Virus record (IMG/VR): IMGVR_UViG_3300027917_000032
Span: 23,929-87,928 of that record
Reading direction: 5' to 3' (one strand)
DNA from: a virus
DNA length: 64,000 bases
Shown here piece after piece: positions 45,699 to 54,990 of the stretch (its first letter is position 1; the number at the start of each line of letters is the position of its first letter). The translations under genes and the position numbers were made by a program. The notes below the pieces were generated by a model. That model saw only the letters and a list, made by a program, of their open reading frames with translations. It ran no database searches and was not told the DNA's origin.

Positions 45699-47495
45699 TT
45701 ACTCCTTGTCGTGGCCTTCGCCGCGTACTGGTTTTTCGGTGGTGTCGCTTAGTGTAGTGTCCGTTGCCTCTGCTCGTTCTTCCCTCCCCTCAGTCGCCGG
45801 ATCACCTGACAAATCATCCACGCCTCGCGCCGCTGGATTGTCGTCGGCTCCCTGGGCTTCCGCGATGCGTTTAACTCGCTCGACATGATCTATACGAGCT
45901 TGTAAGTATTCATCCTCATCGAAGCCCAGAGCCACAGATGCAGTTTTCTCCCCTACAAGCCCAGCCTCCTTTGCGCGGATGATTACCTCGGGATCGCTGG
46001 TCGTGTAGTCAGCCCGATCAATTTCAGAGAAGATTTTGTCCATTGTATCTGTGCTAACGCGACCGCCCAAAAGAGTAATGACAATGTTTTTTGATAGCTC
46101 TTTCTTGATCGTGTTACCCGGCACAGCGAACATTAACTCCGACAAGTCATCTGCCTCTTTAATTCGATCTTGGTCAGTTTTCAGGCTGTAGCGTTCTGGG
46201 TACTTGATAGTTGCTACCTGCCGACGATTAACGGCTCTTTCTTCGTAAGCTGCCCAGTGTTCCGCAATTCCTCGCTCGCCACCTTCCAAGATTAAGCCGA
46301 TGTAAGACAAACCGGACTCCAAACCTTGATCGCTCATTTTAAGAGCTTCGGCTGACGTGGCACGCTTACCTATCTTGTTTGTCACGGCAAGATTAACGAG
46401 CTTTCTAATATCGTCTTCCAACTTTTCCTGTAGCTTCAGGGACGCCTCCAATGGCTCGGGAGACGGGTGAATAAAGTCGGGTCGGTCTGTATTCAAACCA
46501 TAAATCCGACCGTGAGTTGCGCCAACCCTGATTTCTTTCCCCGCCGCTCGTTGACCCCCGGACATAGCCGAGCCATCGGGGTTGTTCATGTGCTTCAGGT
46601 GGTCGCCCACGGCTCGCGTGTCTTGCTGCTCGGTGTAGAACGGAAAATTTGCTTTCAAAGCATACGACACATCGCTGGATGTAAGATTCACCAACGCTGC
46701 CTGATGTTGCGACACGTCTTTCAGCAGGCTGTCACCAATATCCAACAAGACAAAAGGAATACGAGTCAAGTTCAAGACGATTGGCGTCCCATCAGAAGGC
46801 TCACCAGTTGGAGTGATCGGCTGTGATTCATCGTCGTAAAACTGCACGTTTACCAGCCCAGTCGCCTGGTCGATCCAGATTAGGCGGTATCGTTCAAACT
46901 CGCCGGAAGGTAGTTGAATATTGTAAATATCGTGGGAGGCATAATCAAGCCCAATATCCCGCAGTAAGAGGGCTTGAAAATCACTGGGATGTGTCGGATC
47001 ACTGGCTGACCAAGCCAGAATATCTTCGACTTGGTACATATAAAGGTAGGGACGAGCACCGCCCACGTCAGCCAACGTCGGGCCGCTGAGTTGCGGCATA
47101 TCGACATAGACGCCAACTTTTCCCATCACAAGTAGTTCCGTCAACACGTTAATACCTAGAAAGCCGCTCATAGAGCTTCCCCGCATATCAACGCCACCCA
47201 TCTCACCGGCAACGGCAACCCGATAATTCTTGGACCCACCAGACCTTACAATATCTCGCATACGTTGAAAAATCGCATTACGAATGTCATTGACAGCCGC
47301 TTTGGCGTAGGTTGGGGTGGGTGTGATACTGCGACGCGCATTATACTCGGCGTCTGTCTCTCGTTCGCTGAACTTTTGGAGATACAGATGAGTATAATCC
47401 TCACCACCATTGTATGTCTCGCGCCACGTTGTCCAGTACCCGGCGTCATGGAAGTACGTGGGGTGTCGTGTATCGTAAACTGAAAAGGATGCCAC
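45699..47495 (-). CDS. portal protein
   Basis: follows terminase; YLQKFSERE..YNARR, LTRIPFV, SAEAL. Confidence 0.82.
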   Translation of the reverse strand: MASFSVYDTRHPTYFHDAGYWTTWRETYNGGEDYTHLYLQKFSERETDAEYNARRSITPTPTYAKAAVNDIRNAIFQRMRDIVRSGGSKNYRVAVAGEMGGVDMRGSSMSGFLGINVLTELLVMGKVGVYVDMPQLSGPTLADVGGARPYLYMYQVEDILAWSASDPTHPSDFQALLLRDIGLDYASHDIYNIQLPSGEFERYRLIWIDQATGLVNVQFYDDESQPITPTGEPSDGTPIVLNLTRIPFVLLDIGDSLLKDVSQHQAALVNLTSSDVSYALKANFPFYTEQQDTRAVGDHLKHMNNPDGSAMSGGQRAAGKEIRVGATHGRIYGLNTDRPDFIHPSPEPLEASLKLQEKLEDDIRKLVNLAVTNKIGKRATSAEALKMSDQGLESGLSYIGLILEGGERGIAEHWAAYEERAVNRRQVATIKYPERYSLKTDQDRIKEADDLSELMFAVPGNTIKKELSKNIVITLLGGRVSTDTMDKIFSEIDRADYTTSDPEVIIRAKEAGLVGEKTASVALGFDEDEYLQARIDHVERVKRIAEAQGADDNPAARGVDDLSGDPATEGREERAEATDTTLSDTTEKPVRGEGHDKE

Positions 47496-47507
47496 TTTAT
47501 ACCTCCA

Positions 47508-49175
47508 TCAGAGAAAAGTTCCAATGTCTCTGTTTGTTACTATTCCTGCGGCGAGCGGAAGACCAATCTCGGCATACGTCAGGGCGTGTGTGAAGTGATC
47601 GGCTCCGGTGTTGAGATACACTGCACGGGGGTTGTTTAGTTCATCGCGCTCATAAGTTCGCACTACGTTTTTGATGTGATCTTGAAACTCCATGCTGGTG
47701 TCCGCAGGCGTCCAAATGCGGCCGCTATGAAAACGTCCAAGAGCAGCATCAAGCCAGTTTGTTCTGTCAACAGTGGCGATTGGGGCACCGCCCTCCTCCT
47801 CTGACATTTGCATTTCCTTACCAGTTACACCGCGTCGGTATCGGCACAAAGTAACGTAGCCGGGAAACCGTCGAGCAAATCGCCGCGCATCATTGATTTG
47901 TGGGTCGGCATCAATTACGCAGGCTAAAACTTGCCACTCCCGCATAAGACGATCAAGCTCCTCGAAATTATCGCCTGGAATCTTTCCTTCCCAAAGCAAC
48001 TTGCCAAACGCCGCCGCATTTACGTCGTGACCGAAGGTATCCAAAATGTATTCCATTACAACAATGTAATTCCATTTACCTTGGTCAATTCCGAGTGTGA
48101 TACAACGCTCACCACCAACTTGCGGACGCGGGTCATTCTTTGAGTAACCTGCCCTAGAGTTTTCTAGCTCGGTATCTGTCACCAGGCCGCCAGCCGGGAT
48201 GTATGGTTGACCTAATTTGGAGTTATTGAACTCCACCATCGCCGCTTCATCGCCAAGTCCCCGAAAATGTGCTTGTACTAATTCACCGGGGGATACCGTG
48301 AAGCTGTAAAGCTGGTTAATATAGAAGCTGCGATGGTCATTGGCACTTGGTTCCGTAGGTTCCCATTTGCAGTTCTCTACGTTTAACCAACTTGCTTTGT
48401 CACGATGTTCTAGTTTACTTCCACACTCTTTACACTTCAGATAGGACTCCATGCACCGCCTATCTGATACTGTTTCACCGTAAATCTCAAGGCAATCCGG
48501 CCAAACAAGCTCGGTCCAACGACTACAGTGCGGGCACTTAAACATGAAATGTTCTTGCGTGCCTTGTTCATAAAGTTTATGGACGCCATATTTAGGCACT
48601 GTGGGAGTTGAAATCGCCCAGATTGCTTTCTCCTCGTGTCCTGACAACCGCTCTAAAGCCAACCAGATTTGTTTCTGATCCATTTCATTCACTTCGTCAA
48701 GGATCAGTGTTGACACTGGGATTGATTTCAGGTTGGAGTCCCCGCGTGAACCTCGAATGTAAAGGTTTGTTGTTCCCGCTTGCTTGAGTCCAATGGTATT
48801 GGTACTGGTGAAAAGACCTTTTAAGTAGTCACTGTGCATCAACGCTGTGTTAAAACGTGCTTTCGCAAAGTCGCTTGCATTGTTGAATGTGGGCAGGACG
48901 TAAAGTACATCTTTGCGAAGCACGTCCACGGTGTAGAAAGCTCGATTGATGGCGACTTCCGTCACGCCCATTTGAGCCGCCTTCATGGCCGTGTTATACG
49001 ACGTTTCTGAATCGTGAATTTCTACACACCAAGGATGGCGGTCAAACCCAAAGGGACCAGGAAACGGCTCTCCCATGATGCGGCGATGCGTGGCCCAGCG
49101 TGAACAGGAAGTCATGGTACGACTGGTAATGCCGTCCGCGATAGCTTCCCGAAATGCGTCCACCAGCTTGCTCAT
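47508..49175 (-). CDS. terL: terminase large subunit (lambda GpA-like)
   Basis: KAAQMGVTE, LILDEV, ISTPT, CPHC..CKECG, LGIDQG. Confidence 0.92.
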   Translation of the reverse strand: MSKLVDAFREAIADGITSRTMTSCSRWATHRRIMGEPFPGPFGFDRHPWCVEIHDSETSYNTAMKAAQMGVTEVAINRAFYTVDVLRKDVLYVLPTFNNASDFAKARFNTALMHSDYLKGLFTSTNTIGLKQAGTTNLYIRGSRGDSNLKSIPVSTLILDEVNEMDQKQIWLALERLSGHEEKAIWAISTPTVPKYGVHKLYEQGTQEHFMFKCPHCSRWTELVWPDCLEIYGETVSDRRCMESYLKCKECGSKLEHRDKASWLNVENCKWEPTEPSANDHRSFYINQLYSFTVSPGELVQAHFRGLGDEAAMVEFNNSKLGQPYIPAGGLVTDTELENSRAGYSKNDPRPQVGGERCITLGIDQGKWNYIVVMEYILDTFGHDVNAAAFGKLLWEGKIPGDNFEELDRLMREWQVLACVIDADPQINDARRFARRFPGYVTLCRYRRGVTGKEMQMSEEEGGAPIATVDRTNWLDAALGRFHSGRIWTPADTSMEFQDHIKNVVRTYERDELNNPRAVYLNTGADHFTHALTYAEIGLPLAAGIVTNRDIGTFL

Positions 49176-49179
49176 TCAT

Positions 49180-49584
49180 TTACTCTTCATCTTCCTCTTC
49201 TGCGGCTTCCCAAATACGCTCCCGTGGCTCCCAGAGTCTTTCGGGTGCCTCTTCCGGCTCGGGTTCCGGCTCGGGTTCCGGCTCGGGTTCCGGCTCGGGT
49301 TCCGGCTCGGGTTCCGGCTCGGGTTCCGGCTCGGGTGGCGCTAGCATCGCTTCCAAATCTTCCGGCTTATAACAGACCCATTGATTATCTTTCCACATCC
49401 GAGAGTGACCGCGAACACCGGCGTCATCCCGGCTTTCACAGACGATGGTAAGTATGTCATCTTCGTTCGCGGGAAATTCCACCAGCGGTGTTGAACTGCC
49501 TCGGAGATTGACCACGCCCCCATCTTTCATGTATAGCGTAGCGTAATATCGCGGGTAGTGCAGAAACGGACAAGCAATTTGCAT
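49180..49584 (-). CDS. hypothetical protein with PE repeat
   Basis: GAGGAG RBS; (EPEP)n. Confidence 0.65.
   Translation of the reverse strand: MQIACPFLHYPRYYATLYMKDGGVVNLRGSSTPLVEFPANEDDILTIVCESRDDAGVRGHSRMWKDNQWVCYKPEDLEAMLAPPEPEPEPEPEPEPEPEPEPEPEPEPEPEEAPERLWEPRERIWEAAEEEDEE
49252..49335. repeat. 12-bp tandem repeat x7
   Basis: (TTCCGGCTCGGG)7. Confidence 0.95.
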
Positions 49585-49587
49585 GGT

Positions 49588-49932
49588 TTACTCCTCATCA
49601 AGAATTTCGTCAATGTCACGCCCTTCGCCCCGCCGAGCGGCGTCACGAGCTTCCTCCACTGTTTCAGGGTCCGGCCCTAGCATCAGTGGTGCCAGCATAA
49701 GCAGAATCTTGAGAATAGTCGGCCAGTTTTCCTTGAACCACTCCCAAATCTTCTCCATGTCCAAGCCGTCTTGCCAAGGTGTGCGACATGTTCGCTCCAC
49801 TTCAGCCTGCCAACGAGCAACCAACTCGGGGTTTTGGACAGCTTCCTTAACCTGCATGTATTCTTCCGGCGTTAGGCGACCCCGCCAATAGGCCCATCGC
49901 GCCACTCGTTTTGCTTTTCGACCGAAGTTCAT
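49588..49932 (-). CDS. membrane-associated protein
   Basis: WEWFKENWPTILKILLMLAPLML amphipathic/TM segment. Confidence 0.6.
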   Translation of the reverse strand: MNFGRKAKRVARWAYWRGRLTPEEYMQVKEAVQNPELVARWQAEVERTCRTPWQDGLDMEKIWEWFKENWPTILKILLMLAPLMLGPDPETVEEARDAARRGEGRDIDEILDEE

Positions 49933-49934
49933 GG

Positions 49935-50237
49935 TTATTCTCCTTCCAAGGCGTCAAGAGCTAGGAAAAGGTACGCAATCCCAGCCGACGCAAGTCCAGA
50001 AATGGCGACTACACTCATCGTGTAGACGGCCCACTGGGCGAGATTAGTAACTTGCATCCACAGTGGAGTGAGGGCAAGGGATAACCAATGGCTCACGCAC
50101 CAGGGGCAGTGGATTAGCTTCTCGAACCACGGGCCATTCTTTGACACCCACGCTCGCAGTGGTGCGCCCGCATGAGTAGTCGAGATTGTCATGGACGTTG
50201 CAGCGACCGCTAGCCCAAGTACGATGAGGTTTTCCAT
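49935..50237 (-). CDS. multi-TM membrane protein with CPWC (DUF1360-like)
   Basis: three hydrophobic segments; LIHCPWCVSHW. Confidence 0.7.
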   Translation of the reverse strand: MENLIVLGLAVAATSMTISTTHAGAPLRAWVSKNGPWFEKLIHCPWCVSHWLSLALTPLWMQVTNLAQWAVYTMSVVAISGLASAGIAYLFLALDALEGE

Positions 50238-50677
50238 CAGTATAGCTCATAATTGGATTTGTTCTTCCGCAAGGTTTTAAGGAGTTCCTCTTTAGTTACA
50301 ACACCGACATGGCGTGTTACCTCCTCCTCATCTTGGTAGATTACGGCTGTGGGCAGTGTTCGGACACCCATCTTACGCGCAAGTTTTCGGCTCTTGTCGT
50401 AATCATACACATAGACTGTGTATCCTTCTTTTCGCAACGCTTCAACAATCGGCTCCATCTTTTTGCATGACGCGCACCACTTAGAAGTCCACAGTACCAA
50501 GCAATTTGGTGCCCAATTCTCTGTCACCAGGAGGAAGGGGAGCTGGATGCCTCGCTCTAATCGCTCAGGCGGCACCCATCCTTGTTTACAAATACTTGCG
50601 GGAGCCACTCCCGTCGCCAAAACAAGGGCGAAAATTATGTAGCACACCGCCAGAAAACCAAAAATCTTCCCTTTCAT
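50237..50677 (-). CDS. thioredoxin-like protein with N-terminal signal/TM
   Basis: WCASC, GVRTLPT cis-Pro motif; hydrophobic N-terminus. Confidence 0.85.
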   Translation of the reverse strand: MKGKIFGFLAVCYIIFALVLATGVAPASICKQGWVPPERLERGIQLPFLLVTENWAPNCLVLWTSKWCASCKKMEPIVEALRKEGYTVYVYDYDKSRKLARKMGVRTLPTAVIYQDEEEVTRHVGVVTKEELLKTLRKNKSNYELY

Positions 50678-50684
50678 CACATCC

Positions 50685-51692
50685 TCACCACAGTATATAA
50701 TCGGGAACGTCTCGCTGCGGATAGCCAACGTACCCGCTCAATGCTATACTGTCCCCTTGCTTCATGGCCGCGTCCACTGTCGCTGCGTCACACCAATAGC
50801 TTCCCGCAGGTTGCTCATGGCGTGTTGGTCCGCTGACCCAATTCTCGCCCCAGGAGTTTACTACCAGGGCTCCCGGTCTGCGGTATTCATCATCGACGCC
50901 CAAAATAACCTGGGCGTGATACCAAGGTTTTCGGCGTCGTCTCAAAAACCCATCTTTGTCCCGTTTTGTCCAGAAGCCGATGTTACAACACATCACAACC
51001 GGATAGCCATTCGCCACGGCATCCCGGCACTCTTCCCACGACCGAACCAGGGTACACGTTTGTAGCGGGTGGAGCTTGCACAATGGTTCAAGTGCGTCAG
51101 GCACGCCCGCTCCATACCGGCCCATTTGACGGGCCTTTGCTCCACTGTATGTTGTAAAATCGTACTCGCCATCAAGGTAGGACTGCCGCAAGAGAACGCC
51201 CCAATCTCGACAAAACTCGGCCGCCAGCGTGCCGGTAGTGCCATCGTATGTGAGCTTTCTACGACTCATCCCGCCTGTTTCAATACGCGCGCCGGCGTAA
51301 ATTATCTCCGTGGCCGCTTTAGCAACCCAGCGTTCAGGCATGTTAAACGAGGCGATTCGTACCGCTGTAAGCACGTCAATTCCTAAGCCAAACGCCTGTC
51401 CAACACAGTCACCTACGGTTTGTTTATGAGGCTGAAGGGGCCAACCAGTGACTTGCTCGTAGGCTTTCCACAAGAAAACCTTACGACCTTTCCCGGTGTC
51501 TTTAATTTGGCTATTGTACTGACTTAAAAATGGCCGCCGATGCCGCTGAATAAAGCGATCCCGGATTGTTGCGTCATCGACCCATCCAGCGTACAGTGGC
51601 GAGTCGTCATCTTCCCCCGCCCGCAGGAAGGAACCTGTAGACAGGCTTCCAATGCCGCCCAAAATGAGCTTCAACACATCACGTCGCTTCAT
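50685..51692 (-). CDS. papain-like (C1) cysteine peptidase with Tat signal
   Basis: Q..GDCVG, HAQVILG, VNSWG catalytic motifs; MKRRDVLK twin-arginine leader. Confidence 0.85.
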   Translation of the reverse strand: MKRRDVLKLILGGIGSLSTGSFLRAGEDDDSPLYAGWVDDATIRDRFIQRHRRPFLSQYNSQIKDTGKGRKVFLWKAYEQVTGWPLQPHKQTVGDCVGQAFGLGIDVLTAVRIASFNMPERWVAKAATEIIYAGARIETGGMSRRKLTYDGTTGTLAAEFCRDWGVLLRQSYLDGEYDFTTYSGAKARQMGRYGAGVPDALEPLCKLHPLQTCTLVRSWEECRDAVANGYPVVMCCNIGFWTKRDKDGFLRRRRKPWYHAQVILGVDDEYRRPGALVVNSWGENWVSGPTRHEQPAGSYWCDAATVDAAMKQGDSIALSGYVGYPQRDVPDYILW

Positions 51693-51702
51693 GCTAATCT
51701 CC

Positions 51703-52497
51703 CTAACGTGGGTCGAACATCGTGGCGTAAGCCAACAGCCCTTCTGCGATTTCTCGCCAAATTTTCGCGTGCTGCTCCGGTGTTTTGAGATGCCCGGCGT
51801 CAGCCTGCCGCTTTAGCTCTGTCTGCAACTTACTCAAAACTGGCATCCAGTTAGCTAGAGATTCGCCCAGGGCGACACGATTTGCTTGACCTGTCGCTTG
51901 GCTAATTTCTTCTGGGGTTGTGTAGGCACCGCCCGCGATAGCAGCAGCGATGCTTTCAAAACTCTCGGCCAGAGCTAAGGCTTCTCCCGGCTCTCGCTTA
52001 GCTTCAGCACACCAGTAGGGAATCCATGCCATGAGCCCTGCTTCGGGCGATGGCTTTTCGACAACGGGGTATTCAATCGTGGGGTCAGGATCGCCAGGAT
52101 TAACAATATGTACGACATGCGTCATTACGTCCACGAATCCGTCTTTGGCACAAGCAACGACAAACATATACGAGCCCACTTTTCGGGCGCTGAAAACAGC
52201 CCGGCGACCGCCATCGTATACTTCAAAGTCAACTGAGTCGGGCACCAGCAGCCACTTGAAAGAGTCCGCGATACTTGTCGATACATCCAGGCGGATCAAT
52301 TCGCCAACCAGGCCCTTGTCCGGTGCAACTAAGGCAATCTGAGCCCTTTCGACAGCCTCCGCTGACACCACCACGGGCGGCGAGTGATGCCCGTTCGTAC
52401 CGGCCAATCCCGGCTCAACAGGGCTGGTATTGGCCCCAACGGCCAACACTAGCATCAGAAGGACCGCGCCCGCAAAATTTCTCATGCCGCTTCGCAT
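51703..52497 (-). CDS. secreted protein (Ig-like + helical domain)
   Basis: signal peptide AGAVLLMLVLAVGA; GAGGT RBS. Confidence 0.65.
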   Translation of the reverse strand: MRSGMRNFAGAVLLMLVLAVGANTSPVEPGLAGTNGHHSPPVVVSAEAVERAQIALVAPDKGLVGELIRLDVSTSIADSFKWLLVPDSVDFEVYDGGRRAVFSARKVGSYMFVVACAKDGFVDVMTHVVHIVNPGDPDPTIEYPVVEKPSPEAGLMAWIPYWCAEAKREPGEALALAESFESIAAAIAGGAYTTPEEISQATGQANRVALGESLANWMPVLSKLQTELKRQADAGHLKTPEQHAKIWREIAEGLLAYATMFDPR

Positions 52498-52505
52498 TGT
52501 AAACC

Positions 52506-52703
52506 TCAAAGTTTGATTTTTACGGATTGGTCGTGACCATGCCAACGTAATTGACGAGTGAGCCAACAGTCTTCGCAGTAATTACCGCTATAGCGAAGTA
52601 CATTTCCGCAGGCGCAGCGTCGTGTTTCATCTACTTCACTCGCTTGCACCGGTACGTGCGCTTGTTGTAAAGCTCGTCGCCTACGTTGTCGCCTGGATCG
52701 CAT
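52506..52703 (-). CDS. small zinc-finger protein
   Basis: CACG...CEDC. Confidence 0.55.
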   Translation of the reverse strand: MRSRRQRRRRALQQAHVPVQASEVDETRRCACGNVLRYSGNYCEDCWLTRQLRWHGHDQSVKIKL

Positions 52704-52939
52704 CAGTCATCCCAGCCAAAAAGTGCGGACAACATCGCCCACAGTTCCAGAATCAGGTCAATCAGGGTGTGAATTTCCTCGGGGTCAATGTCCAATTCCT
52801 CTGCCGCCACAAGAACGGCTGCTTGCGCGTCCGCATCCTTCGAGCGGAGTTTACGCATAAACACACCAGAACGAAGACCGAGCATCCTACTAGCCCGTCG
52901 CACGACCTTCAACGCATTACGTCTTTCCCGCAGCTTCAT
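52703..52939 (-). CDS. small membrane-associated protein
   Basis: basic N-terminus, hydrophobic C-terminus LIDLILELWAMLSALFG. Confidence 0.6.
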   Translation of the reverse strand: MKLRERRNALKVVRRASRMLGLRSGVFMRKLRSKDADAQAAVLVAAEELDIDPEEIHTLIDLILELWAMLSALFGWDD

Positions 52940-52949
52940 GTTACTCTCC

Positions 52950-53138
52950 CTACTTGTTGAGTCTACTAAATGTCTGTGCCAAAATGCACCGCTTCTTTGC
53001 CAACGGGCTTAATTTATCGGCTGGCTGCGCACAAAACGCCTGCCACGTTGAGAAGCCCGCTCGCTTTGCCATTTCCGTTAAGGCACCCTCCTTAATGTCC
53101 GCTTGCTGAATCCATTTCTTCTTTTTCTTTTTCGCCAT
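52950..53138 (-). CDS. small basic protein
   Basis: KKWIQQADIKEGAL...LAQTF. Confidence 0.65.
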   Translation of the reverse strand: MAKKKKKKWIQQADIKEGALTEMAKRAGFSTWQAFCAQPADKLSPLAKKRCILAQTFSRLNK

Positions 53139-53147
53139 GATACCACC

Positions 53148-53912
53148 TTAAAGATAACCGACTTCCCCTTCGATTCGATAGTAGTGTCTGCACCGAATGG
53201 AGTAGTCAATCACGAAGTAGTACCCGTGTTCTCGTAATCGGTAGCCCCAAACTGTATCATTGGCTCGCAAGCCATCTTTGTCCATCATAAAGCCAAGCTC
53301 TTTGACTAGGTGTGTCTTTGTCAGCCAACATCCTAGATGCCCAGAGCCGATAATCTCAACACCAAAGGGCTTATCTTCGATGAAAGTTCGCTTGGCGGTT
53401 TTCTCTTTACACACGTCGCCTTCTGGAAAGCGATAGTCAATTTCAAACGTCCAAGCGTTCGGAATTGGTCGAATGTTTTTTGCTTTTGAAAAACGGCGGC
53501 AGTATTGTTGTCCTATGACTGTGCCAATTTTCTCATCCAGCCGGAAAATTGCCAGCATTTTGCTGAGACTATCCGGGGGAACCCACACGTCATCCTCGAC
53601 GTTAAACATGAACTCGTTGTCCGCTGGCACCAGTTCAGCCAAGTTACAATAAACTTCGTGACACCGTTCTGACACTCGGCAATAATCTGGCGTGTTCTCG
53701 ATTACTAGCGGTGGCGTTATGTCAATAACAATCTCATGCGAGGGAAAGACTTTTATCTTCTCTTGCAGCATCGCGTGAAAATCAGCATCGCATGAGTTGT
53801 CATACCAAATCACATGGAAATCGTCTTTTGGGTGATCGAGATTGACAACGCCATCATAGTAGGCATCGAAACAATGACGCTTTCCAGCGAAAGGGGTGGT
53901 GAGCGTTATCAT
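53148..53912 (-). CDS. GT-A fold glycosyltransferase (GT2-like)
   Basis: YDNSCD, FNVEDDVWVP (DxD-like), GHLGCWL, D..WGYRL, CRH. Confidence 0.8.
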   Translation of the reverse strand: MITLTTPFAGKRHCFDAYYDGVVNLDHPKDDFHVIWYDNSCDADFHAMLQEKIKVFPSHEIVIDITPPLVIENTPDYCRVSERCHEVYCNLAELVPADNEFMFNVEDDVWVPPDSLSKMLAIFRLDEKIGTVIGQQYCRRFSKAKNIRPIPNAWTFEIDYRFPEGDVCKEKTAKRTFIEDKPFGVEIIGSGHLGCWLTKTHLVKELGFMMDKDGLRANDTVWGYRLREHGYYFVIDYSIRCRHYYRIEGEVGYL

Positions 53913-54295
53913 TGACTCTCCGATGCGAAGCAATCAATTGTCTGCGGGTAAATGTCCGTGGTGCCGACGTGGAAAGTGAAGCCTGTATTTGATTTATTGG
54001 TGTTCCAGTGCGATGTGGCGTATGGCACATCACAAATTACAACTGGTGTCACACCTGATGCAAAGGCTTTAGGAAACGTGACTGCAACGCTACTTTGACT
54101 TGCGGGTAAGGTGAAGGAAAAGGTGTTGTTTATCCGATTGATAAGTACATCTTCCAACGCCTTCACTTCAACTACCAGTCGCCCAAATAAGCTATCCTCG
54201 GGCGAATCAGGGGATGCGATAGTATGATGAACATTGACCGTACCATCCCACGCACTATCAGGAAAGAACGGCGTGTACGGGATATTAACACTCAT
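53909..54295 (-). CDS. virion fibre/decoration protein, FP..WDG N-domain
   Basis: PFFPDSAWDGT; C-terminal VTFPKAF..TPVV H-lectin/gp53-like pattern. Confidence 0.55.
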   Translation of the reverse strand: MSVNIPYTPFFPDSAWDGTVNVHHTIASPDSPEDSLFGRLVVEVKALEDVLINRINNTFSFTLPASQSSVAVTFPKAFASGVTPVVICDVPYATSHWNTNKSNTGFTFHVGTTDIYPQTIDCFASESQ

Positions 54296-54783
54296 AGTCC
54301 TGCTGCCCCAATCGCAAAAGTATTATCCAACTTCTGATCTACTGAAGCCTTACCTGATGTACTCGTAAGCTCCATTGAGTCCCGAATTTGCTGTTGTGTG
54401 GGTGTAAGTGTAGCAGTTACGACTAGACCGGCCGAGTTCTGGGCAATTACCTGCACTTGATTTTGCACAAGGATGCCATTTTCTACGTCAAAAATGTTGT
54501 TGTTTGACCCAGCGAGGCGAACGGAATATTGACCATCTTCAAACTCGACGGAGTATCCATTGATGATTTCAATTGTGCGGGCGTATGTTGCTCCAGCCAC
54601 CGTTACTTCAGTGTTGTGGCGAAACATACTAGGAAATGGTATCCCTTCTTCATCATCTTGGAGAGCCGCAAGATCGAGTCTAAATTGATCGGTGTCCAAT
54701 TCATACAGCGTACCGCTAATAAGTGTCAAATCAGCTTTGGGTACGCTGATTATCTTCGTGCTGTAGTCAACTGAGAGGGCCAT
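54292..54783 (-). CDS. virion structural protein
   Basis: beta-rich, in fibre cluster. Confidence 0.55.
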   Translation of the reverse strand: MALSVDYSTKIISVPKADLTLISGTLYELDTDQFRLDLAALQDDEEGIPFPSMFRHNTEVTVAGATYARTIEIINGYSVEFEDGQYSVRLAGSNNNIFDVENGILVQNQVQVIAQNSAGLVVTATLTPTQQQIRDSMELTSTSGKASVDQKLDNTFAIGAAGL

Positions 54784-54987
54784 TTACTTCTCCGTCGAGC
54801 CGTGTCCATATTTTTGCTGGAGGCTGTTGACGATTAAACCGCGTTGCTGTGCAAGTTCTTGTCGAAACGTGTTTAGTTGTGCTTGTAATGTCTTGCTTGC
54901 TTCAACCAGGTCACTTATCAACTGCCCTTGATGACTTAGTGTGTCCATTACAGCCACGTAGTTCAGCTTCTCAATCTTGTCGTGCAT
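54784..54987 (-). CDS. small coiled-coil protein
   Basis: operon packing. Confidence 0.55.
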   Translation of the reverse strand: MHDKIEKLNYVAVMDTLSHQGQLISDLVEASKTLQAQLNTFRQELAQQRGLIVNSLQQKYGHGSTEK

Positions 54988-54990
54988 GTG

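Noticed and set aside
49075-49451. Plus-strand ORFs with GFRL, GS and PARV repeats
   Set aside because: Antisense readings of the 12-bp PE repeat
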